Positions 18,788-28,998 of a stretch of DNA of 64,000 nt are shown here, piece by piece. Position 1 is the first letter of the stretch. Each line of letters begins with the position of its first letter. This stretch comes from Cyanobacteriota bacterium (lineage in GTDB: Bacteria; Cyanobacteriota; Cyanobacteriia; Cyanobacteriales; Nostocaceae): NCBI GenBank assembly GCA_046045965.1, contig JBJOKS010000007.1, positions 1 to 64,000 of the forward strand, read 5' to 3'. Under the pieces are notes generated by a model. That model saw nothing but the letters and a program-made list of their open reading frames with translations, did not search any database and was not told the DNA's origin. Position numbers and translations under genes: made by a program.

Positions 18788-20110
18788 TTATTTGTTGGTG
18801 AGGGTGACGACGGTTGTTAATAGTTTTTCTCGCAGAGAGGAAATAGGTATTAGGTTGATAATTTCTGCTGCGAAAGCATTAACTAATAATTTGCGTGCGT
18901 CGTTTTCATCAATTCCGCGACTTTGCAGGTAGAAGATTTCATCATCTTCTAATTGACTGACTGTTGCACCGTGAGCGCATTTAACGTTATCAGCAGTAAT
19001 TTCCAGTTGAGGTTTAGTATCAACTCTGGCTTTTGATGATAACAGCAAATTGCGGTTTAACTGAGAAGCATCCGTTAACTGTGCGAGTTTAGGAACAAAA
19101 ACCTTACCATTAAATACACCATGAGCGCGATCGCCTATAATGCACTTATGTAACTGTTTACTCACACCATGAGGATGATTTAAAGATATAGCACTGTGAG
19201 TATCAGCTAATTGTTTATCAGCAATAACAGTTAAACCATTTAGCGTCGTTTCCGTTTGCTCACCAGTCTGCAAAATCTCTAAATTATGACGGGATAACTT
19301 ACCACCAACCGTCACAGCATTACAACTATAACGACTATATCGTGCTTGAGTTACAGCAGTTTTACCAATGTGGAAAGCTGCATCACTTTCTAACACAATT
19401 CGAGAATGACTAACCTGAGCATTTTCATTTACCCAAATTTCCGTCACACTATTATTAAAGTAAATTTGCTCCTCTTGTGGAACAGGCATCTTGCCTGTAA
19501 TATACTCTTCAATTAAACTTACCTGAGAGTTACTTTCAGCTACTACTAAAACGCGAGGTTGGGAAATAGTCGCAGACTCACCAGCAACAGAAACAAATAG
19601 TAAATGAATTGGTGTTTCAACCACCACATTTTTACCAACCCATACCACCGCTACATCATGTAAACCAGCAGTATTCAAAGCCGTAAAAACTTCCCTGCTT
19701 CCCTCAGACTGTGCTAAATATTTTTGTGCAACTTCATCGGGTAAAACATCCAAATTACCAACTTTTAAACCAGATGGTAAATTTTCAGTATTTGATAAAT
19801 TAGGTGCATAAACACCATTTACAAATACCAAACGTTGAGAAACTTCAGGTAAACCATCAACAGAGATTTCCTGAAAACTTGCTAAATTCAAACTTACCTC
19901 TTTTAATGGAGATAAATCAGTAAAACGCCATTCCTCATCGCGAGTATTAGGAATCACAGAATGACGCACCCACTTAACAGCATCATTCTTAATTTGTTGT
20001 ACCCAACCGTCTTTTTCAGATGCAGAAACCTGATTTAATAAATCAGTTAAAAAAGCATCTCTGTCTAACAAAGAATCAGAAATAGAACTAGGAGAAACTT
20101 CAATAGTCAT
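18788..20110 (-). CDS. sufD: Fe-S cluster assembly protein SufD
   Basis: EEWRFTD, KPQLEI.ADNVKCAHGATV, YLQSRGI; likely start MTIEVS at 20110. Confidence 0.95.
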   Translation of the reverse strand: MTIEVSPSSISDSLLDRDAFLTDLLNQVSASEKDGWVQQIKNDAVKWVRHSVIPNTRDEEWRFTDLSPLKEVSLNLASFQEISVDGLPEVSQRLVFVNGVYAPNLSNTENLPSGLKVGNLDVLPDEVAQKYLAQSEGSREVFTALNTAGLHDVAVVWVGKNVVVETPIHLLFVSVAGESATISQPRVLVVAESNSQVSLIEEYITGKMPVPQEEQIYFNNSVTEIWVNENAQVSHSRIVLESDAAFHIGKTAVTQARYSRYSCNAVTVGGKLSRHNLEILQTGEQTETTLNGLTVIADKQLADTHSAISLNHPHGVSKQLHKCIIGDRAHGVFNGKVFVPKLAQLTDASQLNRNLLLSSKARVDTKPQLEITADNVKCAHGATVSQLEDDEIFYLQSRGIDENDARKLLVNAFAAEIINLIPISSLREKLLTTVVTLTNK

Positions 20111-20112
20111 GA

Positions 20113-20898
20113 TTACACACCTACTCCTAAAGCTTCTTCCAGAACCCAATCATAACCGCGAGATTCTAACTCCAACGCTAACTCTTTACCACCACTTCTA
20201 ATAATCCGTCCTTGAGCCATCACATGAACAAAATCAGGAACAATATAATCTAAAAGACGCTGATAGTGAGTAATCATAATTGTGGCATTTTCGGGACTTG
20301 TTAACTGATTAACCCCATTAGCGACAATTTTCAAAGCATCAATATCCAAACCCGAATCAGTTTCATCTAAAATCGCTAATTTAGGTTCTAAAATTGCCAT
20401 TTGCAGAATTTCATTCCGCTTCTTTTCCCCACCAGAGAAACCCTCATTCACACTGCGGTTAAGAAAAGAAGAATTCATTTTCACAACATCCAACTTTTCC
20501 TCAACCAAATCATCAAAATCGAAAGCGTCAACCTCTTCCAAACCCTGCGCTTTACGACGAGAATTATAAGCAACCCGTAAAAAATCCAAATTGCTCACAC
20601 CGGGAATTTCCAGAGGATATTGGAAAGCCAAAAATACACCACTTCTAGCTCTTTCCGCTGCTTCCATTTCCAGAAGATTTTGTCCTTGGAAAACCACCTC
20701 ACCACCAGTAACAGTATAAGCTGGATGTCCCGCTAACACCTTAGAAAACGTACTCTTACCAGAACCATTTGGTCCCATAATCGCGTGAATTTCACCAGCG
20801 CGAACATCCAAATTCAAACCCTTCAAAATTGGAGTTCCATCAACATTAGCAGTTAAATTTTTAACTGATAAAATCAACTCACTATTCTCAATAATCAT
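20113..20898 (-). CDS. sufC: Fe-S cluster assembly ATPase SufC
   Basis: [28 protein letters not shown]; likely start MIIENSE at 20898. Confidence 0.97.
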   Translation of the reverse strand: MIIENSELILSVKNLTANVDGTPILKGLNLDVRAGEIHAIMGPNGSGKSTFSKVLAGHPAYTVTGGEVVFQGQNLLEMEAAERARSGVFLAFQYPLEIPGVSNLDFLRVAYNSRRKAQGLEEVDAFDFDDLVEEKLDVVKMNSSFLNRSVNEGFSGGEKKRNEILQMAILEPKLAILDETDSGLDIDALKIVANGVNQLTSPENATIMITHYQRLLDYIVPDFVHVMAQGRIIRSGGKELALELESRGYDWVLEEALGVGV

Positions 20899-20965
20899 CT
20901 TCTTTCCTCTCTTCTTTCTTCTTTCTTCGCTTCCTTCGTGTCTTCGTGGTTCGTTAAAAAAGAAC

Positions 20966-22405
20966 CTAACCAACACTACCTTCCAACTTCAGACTCAACA
21001 ACTTATCAGCCTCAACAGCAAACTCCATAGGAAGCTGATTAAAAACATCCTTACAGAAACCGCTAATCATCATCGAAATAGCATCTTCCGAAGAAATACC
21101 ACGTTGAGCAAAAAAGAACAATTGATCCTCACCAATTTTAGAAGTAGAAGCCTCATGTTCTACTTTCCCTGTATTATTCTGAACTTGAATATAGGGAAAA
21201 GTATTAGCTTGAGCATTATCCCCAATTAACATTGAATCACATTGAGAATAATTTCTTGCACCCTTCGCAGTAGGATTAATTTTCACCAAACCCCGGTAAC
21301 TATTGCTTGATTTTCCAGCAGAAATACCTTTAGAAATAATAGTGCTGCGAGTGTTTTTACCAATGTGAATCATCTTGGTTCCAGTGTCAGCTTGCTGCAT
21401 ATTATTTGTTAATGCAACTGAATAAAATTCACCCACAGAATTATCACCAACCAACACACAACTAGGATACTTCCAAGTAATAGCTGAACCGGTTTCTACT
21501 TGAGTCCAAGAAATCTTAGAATTGACACCTTGACACAAACCACGTTTGGTTACAAAGTTGTAAATTCCACCTTTACCATTTGCGTCTCCAGCGTACCAGT
21601 TTTGAACGGTAGAATATTTAATTTCCGCGTTATCTAAAGCCACCAATTCCACAACCGCAGCGTGTAATTGGTTGCTGTCATACATGGGTGCTGTACAACC
21701 TTCTAAATAAGAAACATAACTTCCTTCCTCGGCGATAATTAAAGTCCGTTCAAATTGTCCTGTATCACCGGAGTTAATCCGAAAATAAGTAGACAATTCC
21801 ATTGGACATTTTAAGCCTTTGGGAATATAAACGAAAGAACCATCACTGAATACAGCCGCATTTAAAGCTGCAAAATAATTATCAGCAATGGGAACAACGC
21901 TACCCAAATATTTTTTAACCAGTTCTGGATGTTCTTGCAGAGCTTCAGAAATAGAACAGAAAATTACGCCTTCTTTAGCGAGTTTTTCTTTATATGTAGT
22001 GGCGACAGAAACACTATCAAAAATCGCATCAACAGCAACGTTAGTTAATCGCTTTTGTTCATTTAAAGGAATACCTAATTTTGCAAAGGTTTCCAATAAA
22101 GTGGGATCAACTTCATCCAAACTGTTGAGTTTTGCTTTCTTTTGTTTCGGTGCGGAATAATAAATAATATCCTGATAATTAATAGGCGGATAAGTGACAT
22201 GAGGCCAAGTTGGTTCTGTCATTTTCAGCCATTGATGATAAGCGCGGAGGCGATACTCCAGCATGAATTCCGGTTCATTCTTTTTAGCGGAAATCAGGCG
22301 AATAACATCTTCGCTTAATCCACGAGGGATAGTATCGGCTTCAATATCGGTAACAAAGCCGTACTTGTAAGGTTGGTTGACTAAGGTAGTGACGGATGCG
22401 CTCAT
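20966..22405 (-). CDS. sufB: Fe-S cluster assembly protein SufB
   Basis: [32 protein letters not shown] terminus. Confidence 0.98.
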   Translation of the reverse strand: MSASVTTLVNQPYKYGFVTDIEADTIPRGLSEDVIRLISAKKNEPEFMLEYRLRAYHQWLKMTEPTWPHVTYPPINYQDIIYYSAPKQKKAKLNSLDEVDPTLLETFAKLGIPLNEQKRLTNVAVDAIFDSVSVATTYKEKLAKEGVIFCSISEALQEHPELVKKYLGSVVPIADNYFAALNAAVFSDGSFVYIPKGLKCPMELSTYFRINSGDTGQFERTLIIAEEGSYVSYLEGCTAPMYDSNQLHAAVVELVALDNAEIKYSTVQNWYAGDANGKGGIYNFVTKRGLCQGVNSKISWTQVETGSAITWKYPSCVLVGDNSVGEFYSVALTNNMQQADTGTKMIHIGKNTRSTIISKGISAGKSSNSYRGLVKINPTAKGARNYSQCDSMLIGDNAQANTFPYIQVQNNTGKVEHEASTSKIGEDQLFFFAQRGISSEDAISMMISGFCKDVFNQLPMEFAVEADKLLSLKLEGSVG

Positions 22406-22516
22406 CGTTTCTCTGGTGTTCTCTTTAAAGGACGGGCGACGGGTTGCTTAACGCTGATTCCCGTTTTGTGTTACCGATTGCTAACAACGCTGCTAGAATA
22501 GGTTTAACGACTAAAA

Positions 22517-22575
22517 CAACTCGGCTGTTGTTTAATCTATTTTCATTGTACGATAGATTAACAACAACAATGTTG
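22517..22575. promoter_or_regulatory. Two SufR operators (CAAC-N6-GTTG)
   Basis: CAAC-tcggct-GTTG at 22517-22530 and CAAC-aacaat-GTTG at 22562-22575, between divergent sufB and sufR. Confidence 0.85.
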
Positions 22576-22613
22576 TTTAAGTCAAATTTTCTAAAAATTT
22601 TTTTGGGACTAAA

Positions 22614-23285
22614 ATGGCCACTACCCAGCAGTCCACAACTAAGCAGGATATTCTAGAGTATCTATTGAAACATACGCAAGCCACCGCCCTGGAGCTTGCA
22701 GAAGTATTAGATGTTAGTCCCCAAGCGATTCGCCGTCATTTGAAGGATTTAGAGGCTGATGAATTAGTGATATATTCGATACCGGAAAATTCTGGTATGG
22801 GCAGACCCCAACATATATATCATTTAAGTCAACGGGGTAAAGAACATTTACAAAAGAGTGTTAGCGGTGTCGGTGGTGGTTATGGTGAGTTTGCGGTTTC
22901 GCTGTTAGACACTTTAGCGGAAACTGTAGGACGTGAGCAATTCAAAACGATTTTACAAAAACAGTGGGAACGCAAGGCGCTGGAATATCGGGAAAGAGTG
23001 GGTAATGGTTCTTTAAAGGAACGGGTTGCCGCTTTGGTGGAGCTGCGAAAAGCTGAAGGTTTTATGGCTGAGTTTCACCCAGTAGAAGCGGATGCTAAAG
23101 GTGGTGATAGGTTTTTATTTATGGAACATACCTGCGCTATTTCTAATGTAGCTGAGTCGTTTCCTAGTGTGTGTGGTCATGAGTTGGAAATGTTTGCAGC
23201 GATTTTACCAGATTGTAGTGTGGAGAGGACGCATTGGTTAATTCATGGTGAGCATCGTTGTGGGTATTTGATTAAAAGGAGTTAG
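22614..23285 (+). CDS. sufR: Fe-S cluster biosynthesis regulator SufR
   Basis: N-terminal HTH, GRPQHIY, C-X12-C-X13-C-X14-C; divergent from sufB. Confidence 0.95.
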   Translation: MATTQQSTTKQDILEYLLKHTQATALELAEVLDVSPQAIRRHLKDLEADELVIYSIPENSGMGRPQHIYHLSQRGKEHLQKSVSGVGGGYGEFAVSLLDTLAETVGREQFKTILQKQWERKALEYRERVGNGSLKERVAALVELRKAEGFMAEFHPVEADAKGGDRFLFMEHTCAISNVAESFPSVCGHELEMFAAILPDCSVERTHWLIHGEHRCGYLIKRS

Positions 23286-23333
23286 GAGTTTGGGTAGAAG
23301 TAATCGAACGCAGATAAACGCAGATAGACGCAG

Positions 23334-23528
23334 ATGAGGAAAAATAAAGAATTTTATGTAGTAATTGAAAGAGATGAAGATGGTATGTATATTGGTGAAG
23401 TTCCTCAACTTAAAGCCTGTTATAGTCAGGGAGAAACTATTGATGAACTAATGAACAATATTCGAGAAGTAATTGAAATGTGTTTGGAAGAATTAGAAGA
23501 CTATAGATACATCTATCAATTTAGGTAA
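23334..23528 (+). CDS. HicB-family antitoxin (C-terminus probably eroded; no hicA)
   Basis: VIERDEDG.YIGEVPQLKACYSQGETIDEL..NIRE. Confidence 0.75.
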   Translation: MRKNKEFYVVIERDEDGMYIGEVPQLKACYSQGETIDELMNNIREVIEMCLEELEDYRYIYQFR

Positions 23529-23822
23529 ATCTTCAATTTGGTTAATATTATCCCAATCAATAACTGCAACCCAAATATTCTCTTCTGGAGAATGTTTAAC
23601 TATTCCTTCAACTTCTAAATCTTCGCTATAAAAAGTTAGAGTTTTACCATCTTGTAATTCAACTTTTTGACGTGCTAAATCTTCAATTTTGCCAATACAA
23701 TTTAAACGTAAATTACCGTTTTCATCAGCATTATTAAAGTCTGCAAAAACTCTCAATTGTTTATTCAAATTCTGTTGGTTATTATTGTCCTGAGAGTTGA
23801 AAGAATTAGTTGGTGTATTCAT
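23493..23822 (-). CDS. Hypothetical protein (candidate immunity protein)
   Basis: RVFADFNNAD..G.LRL...IWVAVIDW; GAGA SD; follows a gene remnant on the same strand. Confidence 0.65.
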   Translation of the reverse strand: MNTPTNSFNSQDNNNQQNLNKQLRVFADFNNADENGNLRLNCIGKIEDLARQKVELQDGKTLTFYSEDLEVEGIVKHSPEENIWVAVIDWDNINQIEDLPKLIDVSIVF

Positions 23823-23840
23823 TGTTAATCTCTATAAATG

Positions 23841-23945
23841 TTATGGCTTTGATTTAGGAATTGTAGGTGTAAGCAGATTACTAATTTCTTCTGGAGTTAA
23901 ACCAGTTAATGTTGCATGATAACCTCTTCCAGAAGTTATGATTAC
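23841..23945 (-). pseudogene. 3' remnant of a small gene
   Basis: Frame reads ...ITSGRGYHATLTGLTPEEISNLLTPTIPKSKP*; no start codon before the upstream in-frame TAG. Confidence 0.5.
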
Positions 23946-24123
23946 TATGATTACATTACTATTGTAACTATATCCACGTTTATGAATCTATAGTGAAACC
24001 CTTTGTAGCTGAATTTATTTTTGCAGATACCCGTTATTAGTAGGCTTTTATTGCCCAAGGATTACAATAATATGATTTAATAGTATAAAACCAACTTCCC
24101 ACTTAAACACAACTTTAAACCTT

Positions 24124-24384
24124 ATGGATATTTCACCCAATCAATCATCAACCCAATTTTTAACCCATGACGAATCTGCACAAGTTGATGCAGCTTTGTT
24201 ATCTTCCCCTGAGAAGTTTTTAACCAGGTTGACAATTTCCTCCTTACGTATTTTACAACATATTGCCAAAGAATATGATGTAACCATTGACGAATTGACG
24301 ACAAAACAAATTATTACTTGGTTTGAAATTGATGCGAAAATCAGGAGAGAGAAAGGAGTAGAAGAAGCATTTTTGAAGTGGTAG
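24124..24384 (+). CDS. Conserved cyanobacterial hypothetical protein
   Basis: ESAQVDAALLSS.EKFLTRLTISS...AFLKW. Confidence 0.8.
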   Translation: MDISPNQSSTQFLTHDESAQVDAALLSSPEKFLTRLTISSLRILQHIAKEYDVTIDELTTKQIITWFEIDAKIRREKGVEEAFLKW

Positions 24385-24516
24385 GGGATAATTCATAGGG
24401 GGACATGATCTTGATATATATAACTAAAAGGCGAGTTTTTATAAATAAGACTTTTGCTATTTTTGGGTTAATTAGAACTACCTCTAATTAGTTGTAACCC
24501 AAAAGTAGAAAACACC

Positions 24517-24975
24517 ATGAAATTAACCAGCAGTGCTTTTGTTGATAATGGTTTAATTCCTACAAAATATACCTGTGATGGTGCAGATATTTCACCTCCT
24601 TTAAATTGGGATGAAATTCCCCCAAATACCCAAAGTTTAGCATTAATTGCAGATGATCCAGATGCACCAAGAAGGACTTTTGTGCATTGGGTTGTTTATG
24701 ATATTCCTACAACACTTAACCAACTACCAGAAAAAATTACTGCGGGTAAAACTATTCCTAGTGGTGGTGTACAGGGAAAAAATGATTTTGGCAATTTTGG
24801 TTATGGTGGTCCTTGTCCACCCAGTGGAACCCATCGCTATTTTTTCCATCTTTATGCTTTAGATAAAAAACTAAATTTAGAAGCAGGTGCTACTAAAAAT
24901 CAAATTTTAACAGCAATGGCAGGTCATGTTTTAGCAAAAGCTGAATTAATGGGAAAATACCAACGCCAGGGTTAA
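24517..24975 (+). CDS. YbhB/YbcL family (PEBP/Raf kinase inhibitor-like) protein
   Basis: DPDAP, FVHWVV, GYGGPCPP.G.HRY. Confidence 0.93.
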   Translation: MKLTSSAFVDNGLIPTKYTCDGADISPPLNWDEIPPNTQSLALIADDPDAPRRTFVHWVVYDIPTTLNQLPEKITAGKTIPSGGVQGKNDFGNFGYGGPCPPSGTHRYFFHLYALDKKLNLEAGATKNQILTAMAGHVLAKAELMGKYQRQG

Positions 24976-25001
24976 GTTTTTTAATAGTAAAAAGAATCAT
25001 C

Positions 25002-25034
25002 AGATCCCCAATTTATTTAATCAATTAGGGATCT
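25002..25034. terminator. AGATCCCC-type hairpin between convergent genes
   Basis: AGATCCCCAATT...AATTAGGGATCT. Confidence 0.55.
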
Positions 25035-25100
25035 AATTACCAATTACCAATTACCCATTACCAGCTAAACAGATATGATAACTATTCAAAACAGACAATA

Positions 25101-25736
25101 TCAATGATTGTAATTATTAGTCCGAGGACTACGCGCACCAGCAACTGCACCCATTAATGAAGCCGCTAAACCTAATAAAGAACCTAAAACAAACCACCAT
25201 AAAGTTCTAGAAGTTGCAGCTGCAATTTCACGAGTTTGTTCAGCAGTTAAGGCAGGTAAATTCTGTGGTATGGTAGTGCTTTGTCCTTGTATTTGATTCA
25301 TTACTGCTGCTGCATTGTAAGCCGCAACACCAAAAGCACCCCATACGCCATTTGCTAATAGAAAAGAACTAATTGCTAAGGTTGCTGCCCACAAAATTGC
25401 GCCGTTGAGTAGGGCTGTATCTCGGTGCATGGGTCCACAAGCACGGGTTGTTACCCAACCACCAAGAAATAAGGAAAGCAATAAAGCCAGAGTTGACCAA
25501 ATGCCTACATTACTAATAATACCTGTTGCAATTGTTCTTGGTGCTAAGGAGTCAGCAATTCTGCCTGCACCTAAAGCCCCAAAAAACGAACTTAATATTA
25601 ATTGAGTAGCTAAAGCAACTAAAATACCGGAAATTATCGGACCCCAACGCACTCTATCCCGATATTCTGTGACTCGTGTTGCTACCGCAGACTCAGGAGG
25701 AATAATTTCGTCCCCTACTCGATTTACGTATGACAT
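25101..25736 (-). CDS. Hypothetical membrane protein
   Basis: RVRWGPI motif; about 4 TM helices; GGAG SD. Confidence 0.8.
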   Translation of the reverse strand: MSYVNRVGDEIIPPESAVATRVTEYRDRVRWGPIISGILVALATQLILSSFFGALGAGRIADSLAPRTIATGIISNVGIWSTLALLLSLFLGGWVTTRACGPMHRDTALLNGAILWAATLAISSFLLANGVWGAFGVAAYNAAAVMNQIQGQSTTIPQNLPALTAEQTREIAAATSRTLWWFVLGSLLGLAASLMGAVAGARSPRTNNYNH

Positions 25737-25886
25737 AGTGTATTTTCTCCCTTGCTATTTCAGCAAAGTTTCTAAGGTATATTTATGCTTATATTTATAA
25801 TTAAATTGCTATTTTGTGTTTTTATTATCTATCAGTGGAAAGAGTTAATCACTATGTCTTTAGTTAGAAGATAATGCTTTAACACC

Positions 25887-26022
25887 CAATACTGTTCGGT
25901 TAAGAGTTTTCGTAGGTTGGGTTGAACAAAGTGAAACCCAACAAACCCTTGTAAATGTTGGGTTTCCTATCGTCAACCCAACCTACATCATTATATTTTT
26001 TGGGCTTAACCGAAAAGTATTG
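25887..26022. mobile_element. Nezha-like MITE (136 bp) with 18-bp TIRs and 10-bp TSD
   Basis: TIRs CAATACTGTTCGGTTAAG / CTTAACCGAAAAGTATTG; CTTTAACACC duplicated at 25877-25886 and 26023-26032. Confidence 0.92.
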
Positions 26023-26155
26023 CTTTAACACCTTAAGATCAGATTTATTTTTTTATGTCCATAATTTATCTAAAAATTAGCAAATTCATTTAAGTCTGAC
26101 CAGAAATAAAAATTTAATTTGTCAGACTTTTTATATATTCAAAAATGACAAAATC

Positions 26156-26482
26156 CTAACGAATTTTTACAGCCGTACCTGTGGCAGTAATTAGTAATAA
26201 AACTCCAGATTGGTCAACGTTAATTGTACCTGTATCAATTTGAATTCCAATCACTGCATCGGCTCCTAAACGTTGCGCCCTTTGTTCTAATTCTTCCAGT
26301 GCTTTCCTTTGTCCTTGTTCAAATAGACGTTCATAGCTGCCAGTGCGTCCACCCACAATATCGCGAATGCTGGCCAAAAAGTCCCGTAAAAAATTGCTGC
26401 CATAGACAACTTCTGCTGTGACAATACCCAAATAGGAATCAATTACAGCGCCTTGAATGACATCAGTTGTACTTAAAAGCAT
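26156..26482 (-). CDS. YbjQ (UPF0145) family protein
   Basis: RDIVGGR..SYE, GADAVIG, TATGTAV. Confidence 0.93.
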   Translation of the reverse strand: MLLSTTDVIQGAVIDSYLGIVTAEVVYGSNFLRDFLASIRDIVGGRTGSYERLFEQGQRKALEELEQRAQRLGADAVIGIQIDTGTINVDQSGVLLLITATGTAVKIR

Positions 26483-26799
26483 AATTTCTCCTTATCAACA
26501 GCTAATAGCTTAACTTATTCTGATTTTGCATTTTCTTGATGCATATTCTCAGAATTACTGGAACTTTTTGGATATTCTTGTCATCATCCTAGAAATGTAA
26601 ATGCGAATTATCTCAAATTCTGGCTCTTTGGGACTCCTAGTTTTAGTATAAAACATTGCCAATGCTGCTGTATCCAGGAAACGATTTCCGCAATTATCAA
26701 TTTTGGAAGATTTTGTCAATATGAATAAATACAGTTTTCAAAACTAAATATTTTTGTTTTAATGTACAAAAAAAACTTCACTAAAATTTAAGGAAATTT

Positions 26800-27486
26800 A
26801 TGCTACACAAACAAAAATCATTTTTAGTGACTGTTCTAATATTAGGAAGTTTTGTGACTACTACTCCTGTGATAGCCCAGGGAGCAGAAGTATTAGTTGC
26901 ACAAGCTGCAAATCAAAGATTAAGAGAACTGTTAGAGGAAGGGCGGAGACTGGTGGATGGAGGGGATTATAATGGAGCGATCGCTGTTTATCAAGAAGCG
27001 GGAAAATTAGCTCCCAGAAATGCGAGAATTCATTCGGGAATTGGCTACCTATATGCTCAACAAGGTAATTTTCAGTTAGCCTTAACTGCTTACCGTCGTG
27101 CGATCGCGCTCGAACCCAACAATAGTGATTTTTATTACGCTATAGGTTTTATCAAAGGTAACATGGGAGACACCAACGGCGCAAAAGAAGCTTATCGTCG
27201 TGCTATCCAGTTAAACCGCAGTAATATTAATGCTTATTTAGGTTTGGGAGTCACACAAACCAGTTTGGGAGATTATGAATCAGCAATGTGGGCTTACGAA
27301 CAAGCAATTAACTTGAATAGAAATAATCCTCGCACCTATGAGTTGATGGGTTCAATGTTTAAGCAACGACGACAAACTCAACAAGCTAGTAATGCTTTAA
27401 GACAAGCTTTAAGATTATATCGCAGCAGTAATGACCCAGAAGGTGTAAACAGGGTAGAAGCCATGCTGCGAGAAATAGGCGGTTAA
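26800..27486 (+). CDS. Secreted TPR protein
   Basis: Signal peptide plus about 5 TPRs. Confidence 0.88.
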   Translation: MLHKQKSFLVTVLILGSFVTTTPVIAQGAEVLVAQAANQRLRELLEEGRRLVDGGDYNGAIAVYQEAGKLAPRNARIHSGIGYLYAQQGNFQLALTAYRRAIALEPNNSDFYYAIGFIKGNMGDTNGAKEAYRRAIQLNRSNINAYLGLGVTQTSLGDYESAMWAYEQAINLNRNNPRTYELMGSMFKQRRQTQQASNALRQALRLYRSSNDPEGVNRVEAMLREIGG

Positions 27487-27591
27487 TTTTAGTAGGTGAC
27501 AGGTGATGGCTTGAAAGTCTATTTTAAACTAGATATTTGCTGAAGCCGATCCAATGCTAAAAATGAGAAATAAGCTCTGATTATAAAAAGC

Positions 27592-28785
27592 ATGAAATCT
27601 CAGGGAATTGGAAATCAGCAAGATTTGTCATGGCCTTTTTGGCCTGCTTTACCTCTGTATCCCTACGGAAAACGAAGGACATTGTGCCAAGAAATTCTCA
27701 AAGATACTATTTGGACATTTGAACAGGTGCAAGGTATTCTGTATACAATTGTGCCAATTAGAATGACAGTTATCAAACTACAATCAGGCGGACTTCTTAT
27801 TTATGCACCTGTTGCACCTACACCAGAATGTATCCGGTTGGTAAAAGAAATAGAAGCAAAACACGGTGCTGTTAAATACATTCTTTTACCTACCAGTTCC
27901 GGTTTAGAACATAAAATATTTGTCGGACCTTTTGCCAGAAAATTTCCTCAAGCATTAGTTTATGTTGCACCCCATCAATGGAGTCTTCCTTTAAATCTTC
28001 CTCTCAGTTGGTTAGGTTTTCCTCAAAAACGTACCCGAATTTTATCAGAAAATCCTCAACAAAATCCCTTTGGTGATGAATTTGATTATGCAATATTAGA
28101 TATCAATTTGGGAAAAGGTTCTTTTGTAGAAGTTGCATTACTACACAAACCATCCCGGACTTTATTGGTGACAGATACCATCATTTCAGTTTCACAAGAA
28201 CCACCAAAAATTTTACAATTATATCCTTATCCTTTACTATTTCATGCTAGAGAAAATGCACAACAAAAAATTACAGATAATGAATTTAACCGTCGTCAAG
28301 GTTGGCAAAGAATAGCCCTATTTGCAATTTACTTTCGTCCCAGTGCAGTTAAAATTTCTCAACTTCGGGAAATGTGGAATGATGCTAAAAAAGCACCAGA
28401 TCGTTCACATCAAGCATACTTTGGTTTTTTCCCCTTTAAATGGGATGAAAATTGGCAAAATACCTTTACTGCATTATCAGGTAATGGTCGTCCTTTTGTC
28501 GCCCCAATTTTACAAATCCTCATTCTTCCCCAAGGACCAAGAGAAGTGATAGAATGGGCTGATAAAGTTGCAAATTGGGATTTTCAACGAATTATTTCTT
28601 GTCATTTTGATGCACCTATTAAAGCTACTCCTGAGCAATTTCGTCAAGCGTTTAGTTTTTTAGAAAAGCAACCAACAGCAAGTTATAAAGAGCCTTTGTT
28701 AAAGGAAGATTTGCGTTTTATTGAAGAATTAGAAGCTGGTTTAGTCAAGCGGGGTATTGGTAAACCACAAAAGGAAAAGGCATAA
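27592..28785 (+). CDS. DUF4336 family protein
   Basis: WPFWP.LPLYPYG.RRT, RMTVIKL..GGL, SGLEHK, CHF. Confidence 0.85.
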   Translation: MKSQGIGNQQDLSWPFWPALPLYPYGKRRTLCQEILKDTIWTFEQVQGILYTIVPIRMTVIKLQSGGLLIYAPVAPTPECIRLVKEIEAKHGAVKYILLPTSSGLEHKIFVGPFARKFPQALVYVAPHQWSLPLNLPLSWLGFPQKRTRILSENPQQNPFGDEFDYAILDINLGKGSFVEVALLHKPSRTLLVTDTIISVSQEPPKILQLYPYPLLFHARENAQQKITDNEFNRRQGWQRIALFAIYFRPSAVKISQLREMWNDAKKAPDRSHQAYFGFFPFKWDENWQNTFTALSGNGRPFVAPILQILILPQGPREVIEWADKVANWDFQRIISCHFDAPIKATPEQFRQAFSFLEKQPTASYKEPLLKEDLRFIEELEAGLVKRGIGKPQKEKA

Positions 28786-28841
28786 GATAGCAGGTAATAA
28801 ATGAAAGGGTAAGTATTCAGCTATAGCAATCGTTTATACCC

Positions 28842-28907
28842 AGATCCCCGACTTCTGAGATCAATTTATTATTTATGGACACAATAAATAAAAGAAGTCG
28901 GGGATCT
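28842..28907. repeat. AGATCCCCGACTTCT REP-like hairpin between convergent genes
   Basis: Perfect 15-bp inverted arms at 28842-28856 and 28893-28907. Confidence 0.8.
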
Positions 28908-28998
28908 TATCGCCTTACGTAAGATAGCAGGTAATAGGTGAAAGGTGACAGTTAAAAGGGAATATGACCAATTCCCAGCGCAACGGACAGGATATTAC

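Noticed and set aside
20899..20976. N-terminal extension of SufC ([16 protein letters not shown]) in the ORF track
   Set aside because: It is the translated intergenic triple repeat; the SD points to the ATG at 20898.
22444..22656. 70-aa ORF in the sufB-sufR spacer
   Set aside because: Spans the SufR operators and overlaps sufR out of frame.
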